Part shown: positions 36,283-47,246 of the stretch, one piece after another
Numbering within the stretch: position 1 is the stretch's first letter
How the letters are laid out: each line of letters starts with the position of its first letter
Notes under the pieces: model-generated
The model's input: the letters and a program-made list of their open reading frames with translations, nothing else
Told to the model about the DNA's origin: nothing
The model's database searches: none
Program-made: the position numbers and the translations under genes
Assembly (NCBI RefSeq): GCF_000143415.4
Contig: NW_003314360.1
Span: 1-64,000 of the forward strand
DNA length: 64,000 bases
Origin: Selaginella moellendorffii
Taxonomy: Eukaryota; Plantae; Lycopodiophyta
Direction: 5' to 3'

Positions 36283-38483
36283 ACTTCCATGTGTCATGTG
36301 TTGGTCCTTTTTGGGTCCCTTTTTGAAGCCTCGCTTATTGCTCTCTTTGTGCTTGTTCCTCGAGCACTTCGTTGGGAGTTCCACTCCCGCTCTCGACCTT
36401 TCAAGTCGGAGCTTTTAGTCCAAACGTGTTACGCTCGTTTAGTTTTCGCTTCGGCCACTACCACGTGGCACCCTTCCAGCTCCACTTTGGGGCCTAGGGA
36501 TTTTGTGTCTCACACTAGCAACAGCCTTTGAATCATTGAAGTAGTCACTCTACGCGGCCCCGGTACTCCAACCACTAGAACGACAACTTCCTTCCGAAAT
36601 TTACATCATGACTAGCATAGAGGCTTTTGGAGTATGCCTTTGCCAACATTTAGAGCCTAACAAGCCACCACATGCAATATATTATGCCTCACATTCGTTC
36701 AAGGAGACTGAGAAGAAGTACGTGGATGTGGAAAAAGAAGTAATGGCTATTGTTTACACCTTGGAGCAATTTTGTCACTTTCTCACTGGAGCCCATATCC
36801 ATTTCCATGTCTATTTTAATGTGTTGACCTTTTTTTATAGCAACCGGTTCACAATCCTTATACTTTATCTTGGATTGTGATTATCCAAGAGTTCTAGCCA
36901 ACTTTTCACATGCGGCGGAAGCGTGTGATGGATCCGAGCGAGTTCTTGGTTGCTGAAGCTACCTCCTTCGTGGTCCCAGCAGTGTTATAGGACATTGCAG
37001 TGTACCTAGATTCAAGCAAGTTCTTAGCAGATTCCTCACCAGTGCAACAAAAGGCATTGGAGATCTAAGCACGAGTGTTTTGCCTTCTTGACGGACACCT
37101 TCACAAGAGGACTTCTTAGGATGTTTTGTTGCAGTGTGTGGGTGAACATGGGGTTCTTGAGCTCCTTCGTGCTTTCCACTCTTATGTGGGGCATTTCTCG
37201 GGACAGGTCACAACACTACTCCTCTAGCGCCATAGCTACTTTTGGCCTCAGATTCACCAAGACAGCTTGGATTATGCAAAGGAATGTGAGCAATGCCAAC
37301 AATGTTCCATGTCTTCCTTTCCAACTTGTCACTTCTCTGGGTCCCTTTTTCTAGTGGGGACTTGACTCGTTGGCCCGATCAACCCATTGAGCTCAAAAGG
37401 ATAACGATACATCATCATGGTGATGGACTATTTCATGAAATGGGTTGAGGCCATCCCTCTGCGACAAGTAGATCAATAATCTATAGTGAAATTTGTCTAC
37501 AAGTACATCGTTTGCCAATTGGAGTTCCTGCAATTTTGATTTCTGATTATGGTAGCGGCTTCCTTGGACAAGTAATGTAGCATCTTCTCCAGCAGCTGCA
37601 GGTCAAGCACATGAAGAGCAACAGCTACTATCCTGAGTGCAATAGCAATGTAGAGTCCAGCAACAAGATATTAAAAACAATCATCTCAAAGCTTGTGGAG
37701 GATCACCCAAGGCGTTGGCACGAGCATTTGGTTATGGCATTGTGGGCCTTTCAGACGTCCATCTCTGTGACCCCATTCTCTCTTGTCTATGGGACAGAGG
37801 CCGTGCATCCAGTAGAGATCCAAGTGCCATCTGTCAAGAATCCCCCAATTCTTGCCACATTCCTAACTCTCGCCGGATTCCTGACCTGCAGACCACATTC
37901 CTGATTCTCGAGACACTTCCCTATTCCTGACTCTCGAGACATTCTTGACTCTTGAGACACTTCCCTATTCCTGACTCTCAAGACACTTCCCGATTCCTGA
38001 GTCTCGAGCCACATTCCTGATATTGATGTGGCGCCTCCTCGACCTCAACTATATTTAGGCCGTCCTCAATCCAAGAGTGGTGGAGCTTCATCAACCTATA
38101 ATATATATAGGTTAGCCTTGTTCCATTTCTCCACAATCTGAATCAACACCAGTCTAAGGCTTCTTCTTTGTTTTCACTAGCTTTTTCTCTTTGTCTTTAG
38201 CATTTTCCAATCTTGATCTTGTTGGGGGTCTTGACAGTTTGATTCAGATTGTGGTTTTTGCTTTTCTTTTAGCTCTCTTTGATTATTTGATTGCCTTTGT
38301 CTTTTTCCCCCTTTCTTTTCTTTCTTCTTGCCAATGGAGTCTCCAAGCCATCCTAATTTTTTTGCCGAAGTCCTTGCAAAAATCCAGTCTTAGAATACCG
38401 AGTTGAAAGTGACCCTTCTTCGCATGCAGTAGGAGCTTGCTTCACTTTCGGCTCAAGGATCCAGCAAAGTTCCTGAACCGAAG

Positions 38484-39305
38484 GTGAGTTTTCTGGCGAA
38501 ATTTTCAGGCAAGCGTTCGGAGCTTCGTGGATTTTTGAACCAAATGGAGCTGATCTTTGCACTTCAACATTGGCGGTACCCCACTCCCAAGTCTCAAATC
38601 GGCACGATTGGGACGTTGCTCGAGGGTGCAGCTTTGTCATGGTTTTCTCCTCTTCTGGAGAAGAGCATGAAAGGGGTCGTGGTTCCGGAGCTGATGGATC
38701 TTCAATTGTTCAAAGAGAAGCTCGAAGTATGTTTTGGCGAGACGGATCGGGTTCGGGCTGCTACCACAAAGATGAGACGTCTCTCTCAGGGGTCTCGTCC
38801 TGCCTCGATCTACGCTGCAGAGTTCCAACTCCTTGCCTTGGACACTCAGTGGGATGAGCGGGCCCTGATTGACCAATTTTGTTTCGGCCTCAACAACGGT
38901 GTCAAGGATTTGTTGCTCACCATGGAGGATCCCAAGGACCTGTTGGACGCCATCAACAAAGCTGTTCGATGTGACAATCGTCTCTTTGAACATCGTCAGG
39001 AAAGTCGCCGCGCCGCTGTTTTTCTGTCCCAGACTCAGGAATCCCAGCTTGAGTCTTCGGGGCATAGTCCTGAACCTACTGCTCCGGTCCCAATGGATAT
39101 TTTTGGTACTCCCCGACTCATTAGAGGGAAGTTGAGTCCTGCTGAGAAGCAACGTCGAATATCTCATAATCTTTGCCTCTACTGTGCTGATCCTAATCAC
39201 AAAGCAGCTGTGTGTCCCAAGAAGCCTCCCCGATTGCTCGAGTTCACTCTGCCTCAAAGTCCACCTCTGTTGCAGTCGGGAAACGACCCTGTCCAAACAG
39301 AGTAG
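38484..39305 (+). CDS. gag: Chromovirus gag (retrotransposon gag + CCHC knuckle); true start probably at 38334, interrupted by stops
   Basis: KFSG..SELRGFL, LLEGAALSWF, L.QG..AS.YA.EF, W.E.AL...F..GL, CCHC knuckle. Confidence 0.8.
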   Translation: MSFLAKFSGKRSELRGFLNQMELIFALQHWRYPTPKSQIGTIGTLLEGAALSWFSPLLEKSMKGVVVPELMDLQLFKEKLEVCFGETDRVRAATTKMRRLSQGSRPASIYAAEFQLLALDTQWDERALIDQFCFGLNNGVKDLLLTMEDPKDLLDAINKAVRCDNRLFEHRQESRRAAVFLSQTQESQLESSGHSPEPTAPVPMDIFGTPRLIRGKLSPAEKQRRISHNLCLYCADPNHKAAVCPKKPPRLLEFTLPQSPPLLQSGNDPVQTE

Positions 39306-39955
39306 GAGCTGTCTGTTTGGACTCCCTGAATAAAAATCACTTTTCTTCCTTATCAAGCTCCTCACCACCTTTCATCAAAGCCACCACCAATTCCCGCAAC
39401 TTCTGCGTCCCATGTCTCCTTTCTTTCACTGGACAATCAGGACTCAAGGCTTTGGCGCTACTGGACTCGGGTGCAACTTCCTGCTTCATGGACACGGACT
39501 TTGCTGCCCGACATCACGTTCCTCTTTCTCCTACCATACGGGATATGAGGGTTGAAGGCATCGGCGGGTATTTTGTGTCTCCATCTTCTGGACTTAGGGA
39601 AACGTTGCCCATTCAAGTACACATTGGGTCCACCGTCACCGATATCGCCTTCAACATCATCAACAGCAAGTCCTCCTCTGTGGTGCTCGGTCTTCCTTGG
39701 TTCCAACTACATCAGCCTCAAATTTGTTGGAAGGACTTACAACTCATCTCTCCCACATCACCATCTCCCACGGCTTCCCCTGCTGTTCATCAAGTCTGAA
39801 TCAGGAAAAGTTCCCTAAACTCAAATCGGGGTTCTGTTCCTGACTCTACGAAGTTTTCACCCTCTTCTTTTTTCTCTCTTCCATCTTACACTGGACAGTA
39901 TCCTCGTCTCATCATTCCATTTAGTCGTACACCTCCTCCTATCTCCACAATCACT

Positions 39956-41530
39956 ATGCAAGAACTCCTTCATGAAGAACCTATTTTCCTTTTTGCTTTG
40001 CATGTTTTTCCTGTCAGTCTTCCTGAGAAGTATCATGATTTTGGGGATGTGTTTGACAAGAAAAAAGCTAGTGTACTGCCTGCTCATCGGCCTTATGACT
40101 GTCCCATTGATTTACAGGAAGGAGCGTCGCCTCCGTGGGGGCCTATCTACAGGTTATCCCCGTCCGAGCTTAAGGCCCTCAAAGAGTACGTGGATGAGAA
40201 CCTTGCCTCAGGGTTCATTCAGCATTCGCAGTCCCCGGCTGGAGTGCCTGTCTTCTTTATCAAGAAGAAGGATGGGAGTTTGCGGCTAGTCATCGATTAC
40301 CGAGGTTTGAACAAGGTGACTGTTCGGAACCGTTATCCGCTGCCCCTGATCTCGGACCTGTTGGAACGCCTCGGCGGTGCCCACTTCTTCACCAAGTTTG
40401 ACCTCCGTGGCGCATACAACCTGATCCGGATCCGGCCTGGTGATGAATGGAAGACTGCGTTCCGAACCCGCTATGGCCACTTCGAGTACACTGTCATGCC
40501 ATTTGGCTTGACAAATGCTCCAGCAGTTTTCCAACACATGGCGAACAACGTCTTTCGGGAGTTTCTTGATCAGATGGTGATCGTCTACCTCGATGACATC
40601 CTCATCTACTCAAGAACTCAGGAGGAGCACGACGAACATGTACGCAAGGTGTTGACGAAGCTGCGAGAACACGGTCTATACGCGAAGCTTGAGAAATGTT
40701 CCTTCGATCAGCAGTCTGTGGAGTTCCTTGGGTACATTGTCACTCCTGAGGGTATCACGATGGATCCTATCAAAGTCAAGACTATTCTCGAGTGGGAGCC
40801 TCCACAATCAATGTCGGACGTTCAGGTTTTCCTTGGCTTCGCCAACTTCTACCGCAAATTCATTGATCACTACTCTGACATTGTCCTTCCTCTCACGCAT
40901 CTCACTCGCAAGGATGTTCCCTTTTCTTGGTCTACTGCTGCCCAGCACGCCTTCGACACTCTCAAGGCAGCCTTCAGTTCTGCTCCCGTTTTGATCCATG
41001 CTGATTCCTCACAACCTTTCTTCATCGAGGCTGACGCCTCCGACTTTGCCATCGGTGCTGTGTTGTCTCAACTCGGAGCGAATCAAGAACTTCATCCGGT
41101 CGCTTTCCATTCTCGGAAATTCCAGCCTGCAGAGATCAATTACGAAATCCATGACAAGGAGCTCCTTGCCATCGTGGATTCCTTTGGAGAGTGGCGCCAT
41201 TTCTTGGAGGGGGCGGGCCATCAAACAACAGTCTGGACGGATCACAAAAATCTCGAGTACTTTGCCACTTCTCGAGTTTTAAGCCGTCGTCAAGCAAGGT
41301 GGGCACAATTCTTGAGTCGGTTTGACTTTGTTATCAAGTACAGACCTGGAAAGCTTCAAGGCCTTCCTGATGCTCTTTCAAGGCGCTCCTATCTCAGTCT
41401 CAGGCCTGGTAATCCTGCCTTCGATCAACAGGATCAAATTATCCTCGGTCCTGATTGGCTTCAAGTTATGGCAATTTCCCTGGCCCCTCAGGACTCCTCC
41501 TTGATGGATGCCATCAGAAACGATCTTTAA
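39956..41530 (+). CDS. pol: Chromovirus pol segment (reverse transcriptase and RNase H)
   Basis: LRLVIDYRGLN, KFDLRGAY, MPFGLTNAP, YLDD, ADASDFAIGAVL, DKELLA, TDHKNL. Confidence 0.85.
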   Translation: MQELLHEEPIFLFALHVFPVSLPEKYHDFGDVFDKKKASVLPAHRPYDCPIDLQEGASPPWGPIYRLSPSELKALKEYVDENLASGFIQHSQSPAGVPVFFIKKKDGSLRLVIDYRGLNKVTVRNRYPLPLISDLLERLGGAHFFTKFDLRGAYNLIRIRPGDEWKTAFRTRYGHFEYTVMPFGLTNAPAVFQHMANNVFREFLDQMVIVYLDDILIYSRTQEEHDEHVRKVLTKLREHGLYAKLEKCSFDQQSVEFLGYIVTPEGITMDPIKVKTILEWEPPQSMSDVQVFLGFANFYRKFIDHYSDIVLPLTHLTRKDVPFSWSTAAQHAFDTLKAAFSSAPVLIHADSSQPFFIEADASDFAIGAVLSQLGANQELHPVAFHSRKFQPAEINYEIHDKELLAIVDSFGEWRHFLEGAGHQTTVWTDHKNLEYFATSRVLSRRQARWAQFLSRFDFVIKYRPGKLQGLPDALSRRSYLSLRPGNPAFDQQDQIILGPDWLQVMAISLAPQDSSLMDAIRNDL

Positions 41531-44500
41531 TCCGATGATCTTGCCAGCGACATTTTCCCCCATCTTTAGGCTGGACACCCTGTCACTCCCGATTGCCGGC
41601 GATTTGACGAGTTCGAGTTCTTAGATGGCTTATTATACCGTGGGGAGCAGCTTTACGTTCCTGAAGGTGATGCTCGAAGGTTGGTCCTAATGGCGTGCCA
41701 CGATAGCCCGACTGCTGGTCACTTCGGCATTGCGAAAACCTATGAGCTAGTTGCACGGGACTTTTGGTGGCCTCACATGGACGACTACATCAAAGCTTTT
41801 GTTACCTCCTGTGACACTTGCGCCCGGAATAAGGTACCTCGCCACCTTCCTTCAGGTTTGCTTCGTTCCCTTCTGGTCCCTTCAGGTCCTTGGGAATCCA
41901 TCTCCATGGATTTCTTGAGTGATCTTCCGAGTTCTGGAGGCTTCAACAGCATTTTAGTCATGGTGGATCGCTTCACAAAGATGGCGCACTTCTTGCCATG
42001 TACCAAGGAGTTTTCGGGTGAGGACATGGCAAAACTGGTATTCAGGGAAATTTTCCGACTTCATGGGATTCCTACAGATGTGGTTTCGGATCGGGGGACC
42101 TTAGTTCATCTCTCATTTCTGGTAATGGTTTTTGCAGCTGCTTGGAGTGAAGGCCAACCTCTCTTCGGCATACCATCCTCAAACTGATGGGCAGTCCGAG
42201 CGAACGATTCAGATGTTGGAACAATTCTTGAGGTGCTTCATCAACTATCATCAGGATAACTGGTTCGATATCCTTCCCCTTGCTGAGTTCTCCTATAACA
42301 ACTCTGTTCACTCCTCTCTTCGAATTTCCCCCTTCTTTGCAAACTCTGGCTGAAATCCCCGATTCAATCTCTCACTTCCTTCTCCATCCGAATCCTCTCA
42401 TTCAAATCCCCGCTCTGAGGCATTTGTCTCCAACCTCCAAGAAATCCACAACTCCATCTCCTTCCACCTCTATCGTGCTCAGGAATCTCACAAAACATTT
42501 GCCAATGTCCATCGTCAGGATTGTCCCCCTTACAATATCGGGGATAAAGTTTGGCTCCTCAGGCGAAATATCTCCACCACCAGGCCCTGTCCAAAACTTG
42601 ATTTCAAACGCCTCGGTCCTTTCCCTATCACTGCCATCATTAATCCTGTCACTTATCGCCTTGCACTTCCCTCCTCATATCAAATTCACCCTGTTTTTCA
42701 TTCCTCTCTCCTTGAGCCTTATATTCCCAGTCCTATTCCCAATCGGGTCATTCCTCCACCTCCACCAGTGCAGCTCGAGGATGGGTCTGAGTACAAGGTT
42801 TAGGACATCCTTGATTCCAAGATTTCACGGTCTAAACTCTACTATTTGGTCGACTGGAAGGGTTACGGGCCTGAAGAACGCACTTGGGAACCTGCGGACA
42901 ACCTGATTCATTCTCCTGACCTTGTTCAGGACTTCCATCGCCGCTATCCTAGTCGTCCCAGTCCTCATTCTTTTTCTCCATCTCCCATCCCTCGCCGCTC
43001 ATCTCATCCTCCTCGTCGTTCTCATTCACATTCTCGTTCCACTCGTTCTTGAGGAGGGGGTGCTGTCAGGAATCCCCCAATTCTTGCCACATTCTTGACT
43101 CTCGCCAGATTCCTGACCTGCAGACCACATTCCTGATTCTCGAGACACTTCCCTATTCCTGACTCTCGAGACACTTCTCTATTCCTGACTCTCAAGACAC
43201 TTCCCGATTCCTGAGTCTCGAGCCACATTCCTGATATTGATGTGGCGCCTCCTCGACCTCAGCTATATTTAGGCCGTCCTCGATCCAAGAGTGGTGGAGC
43301 TTCATCAACCTATAGTATACATAGGTTAGCCTTGTTCCATTTCTCCACAATCTGAATCAACACTAGTCTAAGGTTTCTTCTTTGTTTTCACTAGCTTTTT
43401 TTCTTTGTCTTTAGCATTTTCCAGTCTTGATCTTGTTGGGGGTCTTGACACTATCACTCTCACTTTTGCTTTGATACACAATAGCAATGCAACTTAGCAA
43501 TGAGGACAAACTTCATGTGTGTGACTTGGAGGTTCTTGCCTTAGAAGAACAGCAATGAGCTATGATTGAACATCTCCTTTGAGACAAACAGAAGATCAAG
43601 TCAGTCATTAATCACCAGCGATCTACTGAACCATTCGAGGATGGCGATCTTGTTCTACTGAAGGAGTTCACGCCACCTTTGAAGTTCTCTCCTCACTGGA
43701 CAAGCCCTTACTTTGTCCAGCAACACATTAGAGGTGGAGCATACGTGCTAGTAGATGCAAATAAATGTGAGCTCCCACACACGCTTCATCCGGTGAGGTG
43801 TTCCTCTTCTCTTCTTTTTCTTTTGCTTCCTTTCTTTCACTTTACTTTCATGGCCTCTTTTCTTACTTTCAGAGGGTGTTTCTCCACTAGAACATAGCTC
43901 TTGCCTTGGATTTCATGCTCAAGTTGTGTATGGAAGTTCCTCACTTGGCTTAGTCTATATTCCAAGTTCTTTGGCCCTTCCCTTACCATTACTCTACCCC
44001 ATACATTCCCCACACCCATTCCATATCATCTACATTCACAGATCCATCACCAATCACTCCCAGTAGTGTTGCCCACACTTACCTCTAAATGCTTGTCTTG
44101 CATCTTTCATTCTTTCATTATCATCCACATCTCTATTTGAGGTCATATTTACACCATACCATGGACATATATACATGCACCAGCAGAAGACACCACCTCA
44201 TTTAGACGTGCTGTTTTTGAGATATCATTATGACTATTTGTCGATGACGTGCTAGCTTTTCTGGAGTGACCTTCTTCTAACCAGGTGAACTTGTTCACTC
44301 AAGGCACCTAGGTGGATCTTTAGGCATAGAAGCTGAAGCCACTTTCTCCTGCTCTAGCACTCAGTGGACACATGTCACCTCTCTTTACTGGCAATCTAGC
44401 GACTATGCCATCCTTTTTAGTTGTGGTTTTCTTCAATCTGACACATTAGACCATAGGCCTAACACTTTAAGAAATGGCCACCTTCTCAGAGTGCCACCAC

Positions 44501-45805
44501 CATCTCGGTACTCTTTACCTCTCTTTTATTCTCGATTTTAGCCAATCCTTGGAGCATACTGAAGTCATCATGTGACTGTATTTGCATATTACACTTTTCT
44601 GAGCTAAAATCCAGGTAGGGTTAAGTTCTTTGGGTACTCACTTTTTTTCCTCTATTTTTCTTCTTTTTTAACACTTTTATGCACTTTTTCTTTTACATTA
44701 GGGTCTAGTTACTGGGCTTTCCTCCCTATCTTCAAATTTTGCACTTACCTCTTTTCTTTCTTTTTCCACATTGCTTTTTAAAGTTTCTACTATTTCACAT
44801 AGTTACCAGCACTTGGCATCAGTAGCAGAGGTACACTCTACACTCTTCAGAGGGTTCTGGCATATCTGAAGTCAGCGTGATCCACCATAGTTGCATGTTA
44901 GGGCATGGCCACTTAGAAAGTATGTATGAGAGAGAGGGAATATTATGATTATGATCCTTAGAATATTCCCCATCTTCTTTGTATAAAACCCTTGCCCCAT
45001 AAGGGCAAAATAGGAGGGGGGAACATTTATGAAGAGCTTTGGAACATTGCTAAGGAAACAACTTTAGAAAAAAGTTCACAGTATTCACAATTTGTGAGAA
45101 ATGCACCAACTTAAATGAGTTAGAAGCAACCTCTTTCTCTAACGCAAATGTGCTATCAACTCAAATAACTTTCAGCCATCGTTGATACTAAAGGCTCTCT
45201 CATCAAACAATTGCTCATTTTCCAGTTGGCTTAAGGGGAGAGAGATAAGGTGTGCTACATGTGGTATCGGAGCAAGAAATGACCAACGGAGTTAACCACC
45301 CTTGCTACTCTAGGTATTACCTAGCTTATAAAAGTGTGATATACCCCTACCCACAGGGATATAGAGAGAAAAGCCAGAGGCCCAACCCTCACGAGCAAAG
45401 AAACCAAACCCGTTGGTAAGGTTTAGATAGATTATTATAAATAAATAGTTAAAATTATTTACACGGTCACGCCCTTTTAATAAAATAAGGAATATCAAGA
45501 GAGAGGCAGGTGATATGACAGTCAATAGTAACTACCCCATGACTAAAGATTTCACTATGTACACGTAGTGTCAAAGATAGTTTATCTATACTGGCCCAAA
45601 CAGAAAGATCAAGAGATAAGCTCTATTTCGTTAAAGTGGGATTTATTCAGTAAAATGGGACTAGGTACAAATTTTCAAGTATTTGAAAATGACGTGAAAT
45701 TATATGTTTTTTATCTAGGGGCTAGACATATCTGGGTCATGGTGACTAGCGCGGTGACTTTATGTCCAGACTGAGTCCATCTGGTTGTATAATAAATCTC
45801 ATTGT

Positions 45806-47212
45806 CAAGGTGAACAAGCCGAATCTGAAGCTAAAGAAGAGCGATGGCATGCGCGCACACACTATTTGTTTGTTCATTGAGCGTGTGGTGAGCTTTCCAA
45901 GATGAACGTCATTCCTATTAGCCAGACATATAACTTAATGGTGAGAACATTTAGATATTATTCAATGTTATCTTTTTCTAACGAATCTAATTGTGAAGGT
46001 GTAGCAAGAGGCATTGCTAGTCTAGAGAAGTCATTTAACTCATTTGACCCTTGAAATTTTCATGAAACAAAATAATATTCATATTATTAAGGAATTTCTC
46101 TAGTACCTTTTTTTTACGACATAGAGGCTTGCATTTCTTTCAAAGGTGATTTAGTAAAAGGCCTGAGGGCACATGCCATTCTATTTCTCAGACCGGTATT
46201 AAGATATACTAGTGCAAAGGGAAAAAGGTATTTGGTGATCAAGTAAATGGCATGAGGGCACACGCCATTATAAGCCTAAGCGCTAGTGGACACCTCCTTT
46301 TTGGTACTCTCAGCGGTACTATCATCCTTCTCCGGGTCAGTTGTTTTGCTTTGGATTGTTGTCTCTGACGTTACTGGGGCGTTCTCGATAGTTGTTAATG
46401 TTGCGGTTTGTTCAGAAAAATGATCACATGGAGTATAGTACGGGGAGTTTGGAAGACTTATATATTCTACATCTTCACCTATCTCCTTCTCCGTCTCCTT
46501 TTCTGCCTCACTTACAGATTTTGTGCTTGCCATGAGAACGCTCTTCACCCTAAAATATGGAGTTCGTTGTGTTATAAAAGGAAACCAACACACACGCTGC
46601 AAGGGAATGATGGTACATAAAGCACGTAAGCCCACAATATGGGTTTATGTGCCATTAATATGGGCCACACGCCATATTATTAGATTTATGCACGTGTGAT
46701 TGGTAAATGCATATGTCACATCATCTTTGTTTTACCTCACACACTATATCAGGCCTAATGAACCATATCACATGTGCGCACATGCTATATATATGGAGAA
46801 GTATTATGCAAGGATAGAAAAATTCAATGCATGATTGTGGAGAGCAATGGCATGAAGCCACATGCTAAATAACATTTTAGAGAAAGAATTAAAATAAAAA
46901 CATGCAAACAGTACTGAGTGGACCAAGACTTAGAAGTGCACAATTGAATGAGGTATTTCTAATAAATATTTCACTCACCTCATATAGGAATGGCTACCAC
47001 TCTTAAATGGCGTATCGCCTCATGCCATCACCTCGCAATTTGTTATAACAATCCGATGAATTCATATTCGGCTTGTTCATCTTGAACTTTAAGTAAGATT
47101 TGCTAGAACAACTAAGAATTTATACTTGTTCTTTGTATCATCTCACCTAGGAATGGCGTAAGGCCACATGCCATCACGCCTCCTCTGATTCAGATTCGGA
47201 TTGTTCACCTTG
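45806..47212. repeat. 24-bp inverted repeat pair enclosing 1.4 kb (possible non-autonomous TIR element or transposon end)
   Basis: CAAGGTGAACAAGCCGAATCTGAA (45806-45829) vs TTCAGATTCGGATTGTTCACCTTG (47189-47212), 23/24 match; a further degenerate copy at 47061-47084; no TSD found. Confidence 0.55.
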
Positions 47213-47246
47213 AAATAAAATACATTAGAAACTTAGTAAAGGAATA

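Larger units (their letters stand above)
28825..36514 (-). mobile_element. Complete non-autonomous LTR retrotransposon (LARD-like), 7690 bp, near-identical LTRs
   Basis: LTRs 28825-30594 and 34722-36514 with TG...CA ends; perfect TSD CTAGC (28820-28824 / 36515-36519); tRNA-iMet PBS TGGTATCGGAGC on minus at 34707-34718; PPT GGGTGGTGGAG next to 30595; 4.1 kb interior without recognisable gag/pol ORF. Confidence 0.9.
37832..43450 (+). mobile_element. Full-length Ty3/gypsy chromovirus (Tcn1/Tf1-sushi-like), inactivated by point mutations
   Basis: LTRs 37832-38236 and 43064-43450 (TGTCA...TGACA); TSD CCATC/CTATC; PPT GAGGAGGGGG 43051-43060; gag with CLYCADPNHKAAVC, protease LLDSGAT, RT YLDD, RNase H DASD, integrase H-H-C-C/DDE, chromodomain YLVDWKGYGPEERTWEP; stops at 39797 and 41528 and an integrase frameshift. 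Confidence 0.96.
28569..45025 (+). mobile_element. Old non-chromovirus Ty3/gypsy (Athila/Tat-like) pol and 3' region, split by two nested insertions
   Basis: RT/RNase H fragments at 28569-28824 resume at 36520; integrase WGLD..GPINP...YIIMVMDYF.KWVEA at 37355-37830 resumes at 43456; PPT GAGAGAGAGGGAA before LTR start ~44941; paralogous to the 3' part of 54850-60180. Confidence 0.75.

Noticed and set aside
45262-45273. Isolated tRNA-iMet PBS-like TGGTATCGGAGC
   Set aside because: No matching LTR pair or downstream gag could be defined, so not called as an element
46276-46635. 119-aa ORF inside the inverted-repeat segment
   Set aside because: Low-complexity Thr/Glu/Ser content and no family signature; cannot be supported as a gene
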